Origin: Bacillota bacterium
Lineage (GTDB): Bacteria; Patescibacteriota; Patescibacteriia; Patescibacteriales; UBA12465
Length of the DNA stretch: 64,000 bases
Assembly (NCBI GenBank): GCA_050259635.1
Contig: JBLNBA010000002.1
Location: 26,681-90,680, forward strand
Direction: 5' to 3'
The position numbers and the translations under genes were made by a program. Shown here one piece after another: positions 55,431-64,000 of this stretch (position 1 is its first letter; each line of letters begins with the position of its first letter). A model generated the notes under the pieces. That model did not search any database, was not told where the DNA came from, and saw nothing but the letters and a program-made list of their open reading frames with translations.

Positions 55431-58103
55431 ATGAGCCGTAGAATCATTTCTTTTTTTATAATACTCGCGACCTTTTTCGCGGGCTTTTTGCTGATTCCGG
55501 AGGCCTTCGCCCAGGGCATTGACGTCGGGACGAATGAGATTTCCGGGGCGGTTGGCCTATCACCTACGGACCCGAGGATTATTGCCGCTCGGGTGATCAA
55601 TTTCATCCTCCTTTTCTTGGGGGTGATTGCCGTCTGCTTAGTGATATATGCAGGATTTACCTGGATGATGAGCGGCGGGAATGAAGACAAGGTTGATAAG
55701 GCTAAAACCATTCTGCGCAATGCCGTTATCGGGCTCGTCATAATTCTCTCGGCCTGGGGGATTGCCACCTTTGTTCTTAATCGCTTGATGAATGCTACTG
55801 GCTTGGGTGGTATTTTTGGCGATAACAACCAGGATGTCCGCACTTTAGGGGGAGCTGGAGCGATTGGGGCTTGCACCGTCCAACAAGTATATCCTGAAGA
55901 GGGACAGAAGGGAGTTGCCCGGAATGCCTCAATTATTGTCAGCTTTAAGGAAGCGATTAAGCTCGATACTTTCTGCCAAGATGCTGCAGGCCAGGCTTGC
56001 GCCTGTGGCGGCGCCTGCAACCGGATCAACCCCGTGAACATCAGGATATTCCGCAATGATATCGGCGATCAATGCGGATCTTCTTCTTGCCCGGAGGAAA
56101 ATAGCAACGTGATGGCGACAGTGAACGTTTCCACTGATCGAAAGGATTTCGTTATCGTCCCCGAAGGACTGCTCGGGCAGGCTGAAGGAGAAGTTGATTA
56201 TAGTGTAAATTTGACTTCGGGATTGAAGAAGGACGATGGCACCTCGGTCTTTAAGACTTGCCGTAATGATTTTTTGCAATGGTCTTTCCGGGTCAGTAAC
56301 CTGGTAGATCTTACCCCGCCGCAGGTGGTGCGCGGAGGAATATTCCCGTTGCCGGATAACGAACGTGATTTAATCGGCCAAACACAGGCGGCGGTGGCCG
56401 CAAAAGGAGCGGTGCAGATCCAATCCTGTCCTTCCATTTATGAGCCGTCAAAGGTCAACTCAGTCACTTCCGAGTCGGGTGGAGTGCAGGGTAGTGCGGT
56501 GATAGACCAGCAATACCATGGAACTTTCAGTGATTTCCGCGTAGTATCTTCATCTGATAATACGCAGGCGCAACTTTTCTCGGGACAACAAATGCTCGGT
56601 TCCACTGCTTGGTCTGGCGATTCCGCGCACTTCCAGGGATTTTTCAGCTTGGAGGCGCAAGGCCATCAGGCGGGTAATTCTTGGTTGGTGGATGTAAGTC
56701 CGGAGATTTTAGCGGATAATTTGCGCGTCGGCTCAGAAGTGTATACCTTTGCCGCTACTAGTACCGGCAGCAATATCCTGGTTTTGCCTGGTTGCAATCT
56801 GGGAGATGTGGCGACGGCTGTTTATGGAAAGTTGAGTGGACAACCGGAAATATTGGTCGATAAGATTGGAAATAAAGTTGAGATTACGGCGAAGGTTGCC
56901 GGGCAGAATGGAAATAATATTATTCTAGAAAGCCGCAATGGCGGTTCTATCGCTTTGACTCCGATGAGCGGCGGCCTCGATTTGGTCAGAAGTTCTGAAA
57001 AGCGCGGGGAGAGCGACCGCCCCATGAACTCGGTTGTGCAATTGAGCTTCAATGAGCCTGTTAATCCGATCATGCTGTCTGGGAACGCCGATGAAGTTGC
57101 TTCATATATCCGCGTCGTTAATGCTGCCACTTCGAGCGGAAATGGATTGGCCTGCCAAGCGGATAGCGATTGCCGTTCCTATGCTTGTTCCGCTGGAATT
57201 TGCCAAGGAGATTTTATCCCCGGGCGTTTCATGGTGAGCAATGCTTATAAAACGGTCGAATTCATTTCGAACCGAGAATGCGGCCTAAATGGCTGTGGCG
57301 AAAAAATATATTGCCTGCCCGCTAACAGCCATCTTTCGGTGGAATTAGTATCGGCGAATGTCCGCTCCTGCTCCGATAATTTCGATTGTTTGCAATATCG
57401 TCCCTTTACCCTATGCGGCAGCGACGTCTCCGGCCGCAAGGTTTGCCAGGATCCATCGGGGAAAAATTTCCCAACCGCCGATCCTTTAGCTCTCGATGGG
57501 ATCGTCGATGCGGCCATGAACTCACTGGATGGTAACCGCGATGTCTACGCTGACGGGCCAATAGCTTTTTATGATGAAAATAATAGTGCTAATACCGGGC
57601 TTAAGGATAAGTACCGATGGTCCTTCTTCGTAAGCGACCAATTGATGACCGAACCGCCGAAGATAAACAGCGTAGTCCCTTCCAACGGAAGCGCAGATAT
57701 TGCCTTGAAGGACCTGATTGAGATCCGTTTTGATCGCCTGATGATGAATAGTACGCTCAAGACCGGGGTCACTAAGATCAACGACGGACAGCAGGATGTC
57801 GAGCACCATTTGCTCGGCCTATGGTCTTCTGCTCCTTCGCCATTCGGGTATTGGGTGGAAGCGGAGAACCGCGATGTGCTTCCGCTTGATGGTGAACCCG
57901 ACATTACTTTCGCTTTCTTGCGCCACACTGCGTTGTCTTCCTCTTTGAGCTATAAGGCGCAGGCTGGTTCCGGGTTAAAGGATATTTATCAGAATTGCTA
58001 TAAGCCAAGCTCTGGAGACGGGTGCGAAGCATCTCCAGAGTCTCCTTCTTGCTGTTTCGGGACGCCAACCCAGAATCTTGGCGGTGATGGGAATTGCCAA
58101 TAA
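55431..58103 (+). CDS. large surface protein: pilin-like two-helix N-terminal module plus Ig-like/Cys-containing extracellular region
   Basis: 890 aa. Signal peptide ...PEAFAQ, two hydrophobic helices flanking GNEDKVDKAKTILRN, then Ig-like (SbsA-type) segments such as RNASIIVSFKEAIKLD and NSVVQLSFNEPVNP, and a Cys-rich tail. Confidence 0.85.
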   Translation: MSRRIISFFIILATFFAGFLLIPEAFAQGIDVGTNEISGAVGLSPTDPRIIAARVINFILLFLGVIAVCLVIYAGFTWMMSGGNEDKVDKAKTILRNAVIGLVIILSAWGIATFVLNRLMNATGLGGIFGDNNQDVRTLGGAGAIGACTVQQVYPEEGQKGVARNASIIVSFKEAIKLDTFCQDAAGQACACGGACNRINPVNIRIFRNDIGDQCGSSSCPEENSNVMATVNVSTDRKDFVIVPEGLLGQAEGEVDYSVNLTSGLKKDDGTSVFKTCRNDFLQWSFRVSNLVDLTPPQVVRGGIFPLPDNERDLIGQTQAAVAAKGAVQIQSCPSIYEPSKVNSVTSESGGVQGSAVIDQQYHGTFSDFRVVSSSDNTQAQLFSGQQMLGSTAWSGDSAHFQGFFSLEAQGHQAGNSWLVDVSPEILADNLRVGSEVYTFAATSTGSNILVLPGCNLGDVATAVYGKLSGQPEILVDKIGNKVEITAKVAGQNGNNIILESRNGGSIALTPMSGGLDLVRSSEKRGESDRPMNSVVQLSFNEPVNPIMLSGNADEVASYIRVVNAATSSGNGLACQADSDCRSYACSAGICQGDFIPGRFMVSNAYKTVEFISNRECGLNGCGEKIYCLPANSHLSVELVSANVRSCSDNFDCLQYRPFTLCGSDVSGRKVCQDPSGKNFPTADPLALDGIVDAAMNSLDGNRDVYADGPIAFYDENNSANTGLKDKYRWSFFVSDQLMTEPPKINSVVPSNGSADIALKDLIEIRFDRLMMNSTLKTGVTKINDGQQDVEHHLLGLWSSAPSPFGYWVEAENRDVLPLDGEPDITFAFLRHTALSSSLSYKAQAGSGLKDIYQNCYKPSSGDGCEASPESPSCCFGTPTQNLGGDGNCQ

Positions 58104-58172
58104 TTTAAAGACCCCTTTTTGATATATTACCGGCTGGGCTGAAGCCCGGTTTTGGCTCGCCGGAGTAAAATT

Positions 58173-61100
58173 GTGCTGAAGAACAAAAAGAATATAATCC
58201 GCTTTGCGGCCTTAAGCTTCCTGATTGTTATCGGGCTGGCTTTTTATAATTTGGCGAGTGCCCAAGTCGATGTGGGAATGAATGAGATCGGCAATAACAT
58301 TGAGCTTGGACAACAAGATCCGCGGACGACGGCCGGAAGGGTGATAAATATCGTGATGCTTTCTCTGGGCATTATCTGTGTCGGTCTCATCATTTGGGGC
58401 GGTTTTGTTTGGATGACCTCGAACGGCGATGAGAGCAAGGTGGATAAAGCCAAGTTAATCCTAAAAAATGGGGTGATAGGTTTGGTTATTATACTATCGG
58501 CCTGGGGCATAGCGACTTTTGTATTGACCAGGCTCCTAGGGTCGAACAATGGCAATGGCACGGGCGGCTGCGCGGACGGCCAGATAAACCCTTGCGGCTG
58601 CGGCGGCAGTATGGCTTGTATCGATGGCTCTTGGGGGTCCTGTCTGGGCTCGGATTGCAATAGCGGCGGCGGCCCCGAAAGCTGCGATAGCAATACTATC
58701 CTTGGCGGTTGCCAGGGGGTAGACCAGATTTGTGCCGTGGACAATTATTGCGATAATGAGACCTGCTCATGCGTCCCGAAGTCTAGCCTTGGGGAATCCT
58801 GTGATGCCGATGAAAGCAATCCGTCGTGTGAGGCGGACAATTCGCTTTGCGGTGATTATTTGAGCTGCAACCCCGAGTCTTGCCTCTGTGAGGGGCAACC
58901 GGTGATCACCCGAGTGAGTCCGGCCGGCGGCTTTTGTGAAGAAGACCAGAATAAGCCATGTTTGACCGATGATGACTGCACGCTAAAGTGCGATCTCACG
59001 ACACCGAATGGGGATAACGGCAATATTATTACCATCAGCGGCACCAATTTCGGTGCTTTTGATCCTCAGGCCAGCAAGGTCTTTTTCGGCGGCGATATTC
59101 CCGGCCTTTCTCCTTCGGCGATCAATCCTCAATGTATTGATTCCTGGACGAACAAACAGATCATAATCGTCGTTCCTGAAGGGACGACCTCCGGCCCTTT
59201 GAAGGTGCAATCCGCGGATGGCCAGAATGACACCACTGATAATGATGTCGGCCCTATTGTCCCTGATTTCATAAATAATGATATTAAGAGACCGGGTCTT
59301 TGTTTGCTTACGCCTGAAACCGGTCGGTTGAGCGACAAGGTTAATTATTTCGGTATCAATCTTTATGAAGGCCAGGCCTATTTCGGCGATTACGTACGCA
59401 ATGTCCGCGGTCTGGATTCACAATTTAATAATCCGCAGGGCGTGGCCGGTACGACCACTGTCCCTAATATCCAAAAAGGGGGCATGACGAGCTTTGTGGT
59501 CGGGAGCGTGAACGGCTTCCCCCAGAAGAGCAATTACGTTACCTTCTTAAAGGAACAAGAACCTGATGCCGGTCCTTATATCAGCTATTTCGAACCTGCC
59601 ACTGGACGGGCGGGCCAGTATGTTACTATTCACGGCGGCGGCTTGGGTGGGGCCCGAGGGACGGCAAAAGTAATGTTCGGAGATAAAGAAGCTGATTATT
59701 CCTTTCCGGATGTTTGCGCGTCTTCTGTCTGGAGCGATAAGCAGGTTATCGTGAAGGTCCCGGCTGATTTACAAGATGGCTATTATCCTATCGCCATAAT
59801 TTTTGGAGACGGAGAACGGATTGATTCGCAAAATGCTAACCCCAATGCCTTTAATGTCGATGCTAATGTTTCTTTGAAATCCAGCATTTGCCGCATATCG
59901 CCGGTTAAGGGGCCGGTGGGAACCAGCGTTTCTATCTGGGGCGAGTATTTTGGAAACAATGGCGGCGACGGACTTAGCGTCTTCAGCCGTGATAAGGGCG
60001 TAAGCGGTACGATTTCCACTAACCAAGGCGCTCAGCGCTTATTGCCGGCCGTTCCGACCGGAGCGGTCAGCGGTCCGGTTAAAGTGGTTAAGAATGGAGA
60101 ATGGGGGAATGATACTAATTTCGAAATCGGCACTTGTACGAGCAATCAGGAATGCGGTAGCGAGACCTGCTGTCCGGCCGGAACCTATATGCAAGGGAGA
60201 TGCGCTCCTTCTTTGGCGAGCTGTTATATAAGCATCAAGACCTCGGTTTTTGAATGGGGATTTTCTACCGGATTGGGAGAGGGCGGCGATACGCCGGTAG
60301 ACTATGATAGCTGTAACGGCATGGCTCAAGCGCTTGGAGCCTGCCAGGTCAATGCTTTTTGTCCTAATTCCCCGGGTGTATGTTCGCCTTTCGCCGGTGC
60401 TCCCAAAAACCTGGGTCCTTGCGATTCAACCTGCGCGGCAAACCCATCTTGTCTCGGTCAGAGCTGTTCTTTTGACAGCGGTCTGGATGCCTGCGTATTA
60501 AACGAAGGTTCTTGCTCTCTGCCAGAAGATTTTGCTTGGGGTGAATTTACTCAAGAAAGGACTTGCCAAGTTTTTCCTCAGTTCGGCGATAAGGCCCATT
60601 GGCAAATCACCACCCCGACATCATGCCCCACCGGCTGGGTGCGTCTCGACGGCAATCGCTGCGTGGATAGCGTGAGCTCTTCTGCCTCTACCTGTGACGT
60701 CTGCGCCGCCGGTTTCTCATGCAAGGACGCTAATGGAGCGGGTAAATGCGTAACGGCGGAACTTTGCCGCGGTGATGCTAAGTGCCAGGGGCAGTCTTGC
60801 GTCAGCCAAGCAAGCGCCCGTTGCGATTGCTGCTGTGAAATCGGCCAGGATAGCCGTGATTGTTGTGCCGGCCTGGTTTGCGGCGGGACCTGTGGCACTG
60901 ATACAACGGATGACGGAAGCGGCTTCGGCGAGTGCACCGGTTGTAAAGTGGAGGTCGGCGGCCAGGTGGATGTTGCGAAATCAGATGCAGCCTGTAACTG
61001 TTCGTCATCTTCCGGAAAATATTGCGACACTTCTTCCGCAACTGGAGCCTGTGTAGATTGCAGCCGTTTATCAGCCTCGAGCTGCCTTGACCACAGCGGC

Positions 61101-63962
61101 GCTTGCTGTCTCGATTCTAAAGGTACCGAGTCGTCAGCGGATGACGTCTGTACCGGCGGCAGCGGCCAACTTCTGCAAGGGGCGGATAAAGGATATTGCG
61201 CGAGATATGAATGTGATGCTTCTGATCCTTCCGTTTGCGCTTCTTCCACCCCATCTAAGCTCGGTCGTTTTAAGAGCGTAGAAGCCTGTACTGATTCTTG
61301 CGAAGCCGATCCGGGCGGCGAAAATTTCTGTAACCAGTTCAATGGCAGTCTGGATGAATGTAATGCTGCTGCCGGGTGCTGTTTCAATTTCAGTGACAAT
61401 AAATGCAAATCAGGGGAAGAACTTCCTTCTGGATATTGCGCCTACTATAATTGTAAAGCCGCTCCTAATAATAACGAGTGTGATAGCGGAAACGCTCAGG
61501 CGACGGGGACCTATAGCGGTCTTGATGCCTGTATTAAGGGGTGCGCGTTTGATCCCATCTTCAAACCCGGGACCGATTGTCGTAATCGTAGCAGCCAAAC
61601 CGGATGCAATACCGGGTTCTGCCTTTCGCCCTTTGCCTGTTTGACCGAACAAGGTGAGACTGGTACGGCGGATAATTGCGGCTCTTGCTGCTGTGAGGTC
61701 GGCAACGCTTCTTCTTGTAGCGGGGTTGGGAATGGCAACCTTGTTTGCCAGCCTAATCAAGCGCCTTGTTCCGGCGATGATCGCGGCCTTTGTTGCGGTT
61801 GCAGCGCTGATACCGATTGCGGCGACCAGGCAGTGGTCGGTTGCGATTCAGGGACCTGTTGCCGGGCGAGACCGTCGATTTTGGATGAAGAATTGAAACC
61901 GGCCCATGGAGCGACGGAAGTATGCCGGAATGCCGGTATCAGCATTCCTTTTGACCAGTCCATGGATCCGAGCAGCCTGGCCGGCAATATCCTCTTGCTT
62001 GAAGAAAATGATTATGGAAGCGGCGTCTGTCCCGCCGGCACCTTCGTGGCGGCTGCCGATGGATTCCAGCCCGTCTCAGAACATTGGCTGGCTCGCGTAT
62101 ATCGTAAAGTGGCGATGGCAGTCCGATCGATGCTAATGGTTTCCGGATTGAAATCTGATACGGCGCTGGCCGGAGTGCCGGATCCTAATAAGCTCTATTG
62201 CTCGGTGCCTGGAGATATTTCTTATAAAAAGGATGGTAATGGAACGGTCGTCCTCTTTACTCCTAAGCGCCTTTTGAGCGCTGGTGCTGACCATTATTTG
62301 ATCATCAAAGGCGACCAGGCTCTGGATAGTAATTCAGGGGTGATGAGCCAATGGAGCGTCGGCTTGAATGGCGAGGGCTATCTTGATCTCGCATCCGGTT
62401 CATATGTGGAGGGGGAATCGCTTTCTTTCAATAATCTGACGTTTGGGAATTCATATATCTCAACCTTCCGGACCCTGCCTTCTCAGAGTTCCAATTCCGG
62501 CGTTTGCGCGGTGGAGTATGTGGCGGTGGAACCGGGCTCCTATCTTTTTAGTGAGAATGCGGAAGATATCAGCGAAAATGACGATAATCCGGCGGCGGCT
62601 AATTTCGACGTCGCCGCTGATCGGGATAAGGTGTTCAGCGCCGAAGCTTATAGCGCGGATGAGCAGATACTGCATCCCGCTACGGGTTATTATTGGGATT
62701 GGGTTTGGCATGTGACCAAGCAATCGGTCGCCTCAATCCAGGAAGTGGCTGGCTTGCCGGCTAACCGCGCCATGGTCCAATCCGCTGATAATATCAGCGA
62801 TGATTCTACCGTGCTTTCTGCAGGCATTGATATGCAACGCTTCGCTTCGCCTTCATGTAATTCAGCCTCATCTTGCGTTTGTGCGGGGCCCGATTGCGCT
62901 AATAATTGTTGCAATGGCTATATGGACGGCGATGGCGCGATGGCGGAAGCTCCGCTCTTCGTCTTCCTTTGCAAGAATCCTTGGCCGGCGGTAAACAAGG
63001 TGACTCAGACCTGGTCTCCTTGGTATGATACCTGTACCGGAGCGATAGGTGCCTGCCAGAACTATAATTATAAATTTTATTATTGCCGTGATGCGGGGAA
63101 GGAAGGAATGAGCGATGATCTGCCGGCGATGATCAATCCGGCTGTCATACGCGGTACCGGCTCATCGCTTATTTGCAGCGAAGGCAGGGGCGCCTGCACT
63201 GATTTAGGCGGGGCTTGTGGTCCTGATCGCAATGGCGATGGTGCGGGTGACGGATTCTGCATCTGGGATGTGCTTAAGGAGTCATATTTCTTTAAAGAAT
63301 CAACCCCGACAGCCGGCTCCATTTCGGCTGCTATTGATTTGGAAAACGGCCATGATGTCCGCTTGGAGTGGAGCGGTCCATCCAATCTCATTTATAATTT
63401 GAATCCGGTCTTGTCTGGAAGATATCGTATTTATTATTCGCCGGTTGATTCAGGCGCCATGGCTTTTGCCGACGCGAAACCCACAGATGTTTTGGGAGGC
63501 GGTCTCCCGGGAACGGTTTGTACGCCAGTTACCCCATCTTCTGGCCAGAATTATTCTTGCCGTTTTTTCGTGACCGGCTTGGAGCCTGGCCGGGAATATC
63601 GTTTCAAAGTATCCGCCATTTCTGCTTCTCAGGTCGAAAGCCCTCTTTCTGATGAGAAAACCGTGCTCGTAACCGACAAGATCGCCCCGGTAATCCCTCA
63701 AGGGCTTGCCGGTTCGATACAGACTGGCCAACGCTTGAAATTCACTTGGCAGCCGCAAGCCGATGCTTCTTTTTTCCGCCTATATCATGGTATAGCCAGC
63801 GGCTTATACGGAGAGTCTTTCGACTCCGAGCCGGGAGCTACTGAATTGCAAATCGGATCTACAGGCTGGACCGGCAACCATTTTTTTGCCATCAGCGCCT
63901 TGGATGCCTCCGGGAATGAAAGCGGGAAATCGACGCCGATAACGATCAATATCGCCCAATAA
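58173..63962 (+). CDS. giant cysteine-rich surface protein: pilin-like N-terminal module, 4 IPT/TIG-like repeats, hyper-Cys core, Ig-like region, 2 FN3-like C-terminal domains
   Basis: A single ~5.8-kb ORF. GTG 58173 is preferred (GGAG 58162-58165, 7-nt spacer) over the track's TTG at 58152. The N-terminal module is paralogous to 55431-58103. Confidence 0.85.
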   Translation: MLKNKKNIIRFAALSFLIVIGLAFYNLASAQVDVGMNEIGNNIELGQQDPRTTAGRVINIVMLSLGIICVGLIIWGGFVWMTSNGDESKVDKAKLILKNGVIGLVIILSAWGIATFVLTRLLGSNNGNGTGGCADGQINPCGCGGSMACIDGSWGSCLGSDCNSGGGPESCDSNTILGGCQGVDQICAVDNYCDNETCSCVPKSSLGESCDADESNPSCEADNSLCGDYLSCNPESCLCEGQPVITRVSPAGGFCEEDQNKPCLTDDDCTLKCDLTTPNGDNGNIITISGTNFGAFDPQASKVFFGGDIPGLSPSAINPQCIDSWTNKQIIIVVPEGTTSGPLKVQSADGQNDTTDNDVGPIVPDFINNDIKRPGLCLLTPETGRLSDKVNYFGINLYEGQAYFGDYVRNVRGLDSQFNNPQGVAGTTTVPNIQKGGMTSFVVGSVNGFPQKSNYVTFLKEQEPDAGPYISYFEPATGRAGQYVTIHGGGLGGARGTAKVMFGDKEADYSFPDVCASSVWSDKQVIVKVPADLQDGYYPIAIIFGDGERIDSQNANPNAFNVDANVSLKSSICRISPVKGPVGTSVSIWGEYFGNNGGDGLSVFSRDKGVSGTISTNQGAQRLLPAVPTGAVSGPVKVVKNGEWGNDTNFEIGTCTSNQECGSETCCPAGTYMQGRCAPSLASCYISIKTSVFEWGFSTGLGEGGDTPVDYDSCNGMAQALGACQVNAFCPNSPGVCSPFAGAPKNLGPCDSTCAANPSCLGQSCSFDSGLDACVLNEGSCSLPEDFAWGEFTQERTCQVFPQFGDKAHWQITTPTSCPTGWVRLDGNRCVDSVSSSASTCDVCAAGFSCKDANGAGKCVTAELCRGDAKCQGQSCVSQASARCDCCCEIGQDSRDCCAGLVCGGTCGTDTTDDGSGFGECTGCKVEVGGQVDVAKSDAACNCSSSSGKYCDTSSATGACVDCSRLSASSCLDHSGACCLDSKGTESSADDVCTGGSGQLLQGADKGYCARYECDASDPSVCASSTPSKLGRFKSVEACTDSCEADPGGENFCNQFNGSLDECNAAAGCCFNFSDNKCKSGEELPSGYCAYYNCKAAPNNNECDSGNAQATGTYSGLDACIKGCAFDPIFKPGTDCRNRSSQTGCNTGFCLSPFACLTEQGETGTADNCGSCCCEVGNASSCSGVGNGNLVCQPNQAPCSGDDRGLCCGCSADTDCGDQAVVGCDSGTCCRARPSILDEELKPAHGATEVCRNAGISIPFDQSMDPSSLAGNILLLEENDYGSGVCPAGTFVAAADGFQPVSEHWLARVYRKVAMAVRSMLMVSGLKSDTALAGVPDPNKLYCSVPGDISYKKDGNGTVVLFTPKRLLSAGADHYLIIKGDQALDSNSGVMSQWSVGLNGEGYLDLASGSYVEGESLSFNNLTFGNSYISTFRTLPSQSSNSGVCAVEYVAVEPGSYLFSENAEDISENDDNPAAANFDVAADRDKVFSAEAYSADEQILHPATGYYWDWVWHVTKQSVASIQEVAGLPANRAMVQSADNISDDSTVLSAGIDMQRFASPSCNSASSCVCAGPDCANNCCNGYMDGDGAMAEAPLFVFLCKNPWPAVNKVTQTWSPWYDTCTGAIGACQNYNYKFYYCRDAGKEGMSDDLPAMINPAVIRGTGSSLICSEGRGACTDLGGACGPDRNGDGAGDGFCIWDVLKESYFFKESTPTAGSISAAIDLENGHDVRLEWSGPSNLIYNLNPVLSGRYRIYYSPVDSGAMAFADAKPTDVLGGGLPGTVCTPVTPSSGQNYSCRFFVTGLEPGREYRFKVSAISASQVESPLSDEKTVLVTDKIAPVIPQGLAGSIQTGQRLKFTWQPQADASFFRLYHGIASGLYGESFDSEPGATELQIGSTGWTGNHFFAISALDASGNESGKSTPITINIAQ

Positions 63963-63973
63963 ATGGAATATAT

Positions 63974-64000
63974 ATGAAGAAACATAAGTATCTTTGGCCG
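63974..64000 (+). CDS. start of an unidentified gene (truncated by window end)
   Basis: ATG 63974 followed by MKKHKYLWP. Too short to identify. Confidence 0.3.

Noticed and set aside
55367-56056. A 229-aa minus-strand ORF spanning the start of the 890-aa gene.
   Set aside because: It is antisense to the well-supported pilin-like N-terminal module, which has a conserved paralog at 58.2 kb. It runs through the intergenic promoter region and has no recognisable motif.
60578-61408. A 276-aa minus-strand ORF (plus several 60-190-aa ORFs on both strands) inside the giant surface-protein gene.
   Set aside because: It lies entirely antisense to a 5.8-kb ORF with clear domain structure. Its product is low-complexity Pro/Ser/Gln-rich and has no start signals. 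It is a shadow ORF produced by the Cys/Gly-rich codon bias.

Overview
A 64-kb chromosomal window from a streamlined, housekeeping-dense bacterium that uses the standard genetic code. The gene content, the 16S sequence and the giant membrane-anchored surface proteins suggest a Candidate Phyla Radiation / Patescibacteria (Parcubacteria-like) genome. That placement is inference, not a database result.

I call about 50 protein genes:
- Eight aminoacyl-tRNA synthetase genes: tyrS (fragment), argS, glyQS, valS, pheS, pheT, trpS, hisS.
- DNA transactions: topA, gyrA, ruvB, rmuC, radC, and a UvrD-type helicase fused to a Cas4/AddB-like nuclease.
- Translation and stringent-response factors: pth, der, rpsU, queA, rel.
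- Envelope genes: VanW, LCP, an O-antigen-ligase-like protein, sanA, lepB.

The window also holds five tRNAs (Val-GAC, Ile-UAU, Pro-GGG, Ala-CGC, Pro-CGG; none encodes CCA) and one solitary 16S rRNA gene. I saw no CRISPR array, transposase, integrase or reverse transcriptase.

The regions that housekeeping does not explain are:
1. Two tandem giant cysteine-rich surface proteins (55.4-64.0 kb) that share a VirB2/TrbC-like two-helix pilin module at the N-terminus.
2. An ECF sigma/anti-sigma pair divergent from a 4xFN3 surface protein, with mirror-image TGTAAC-N17-GTATTA promoters.
3. Two paralogous single-gene cassettes with a duplicated promoter and leader (5.0-6.3 kb).
4. A 5-kb orphan island beside the 16S gene (56-aa ORF, 1269-aa acidic two-TM protein, 311-aa secreted protein).
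5. Two promoter-to-terminator, rod-shaped small RNA candidates (about 4865-5040 and about 19851-19956).
6. A tRNA-Ile with a genomically encoded UAU anticodon.

All coordinates and base-pairing counts were derived by hand from the sequence. All family assignments are motif recognition from memory and need HMM or BLAST confirmation.
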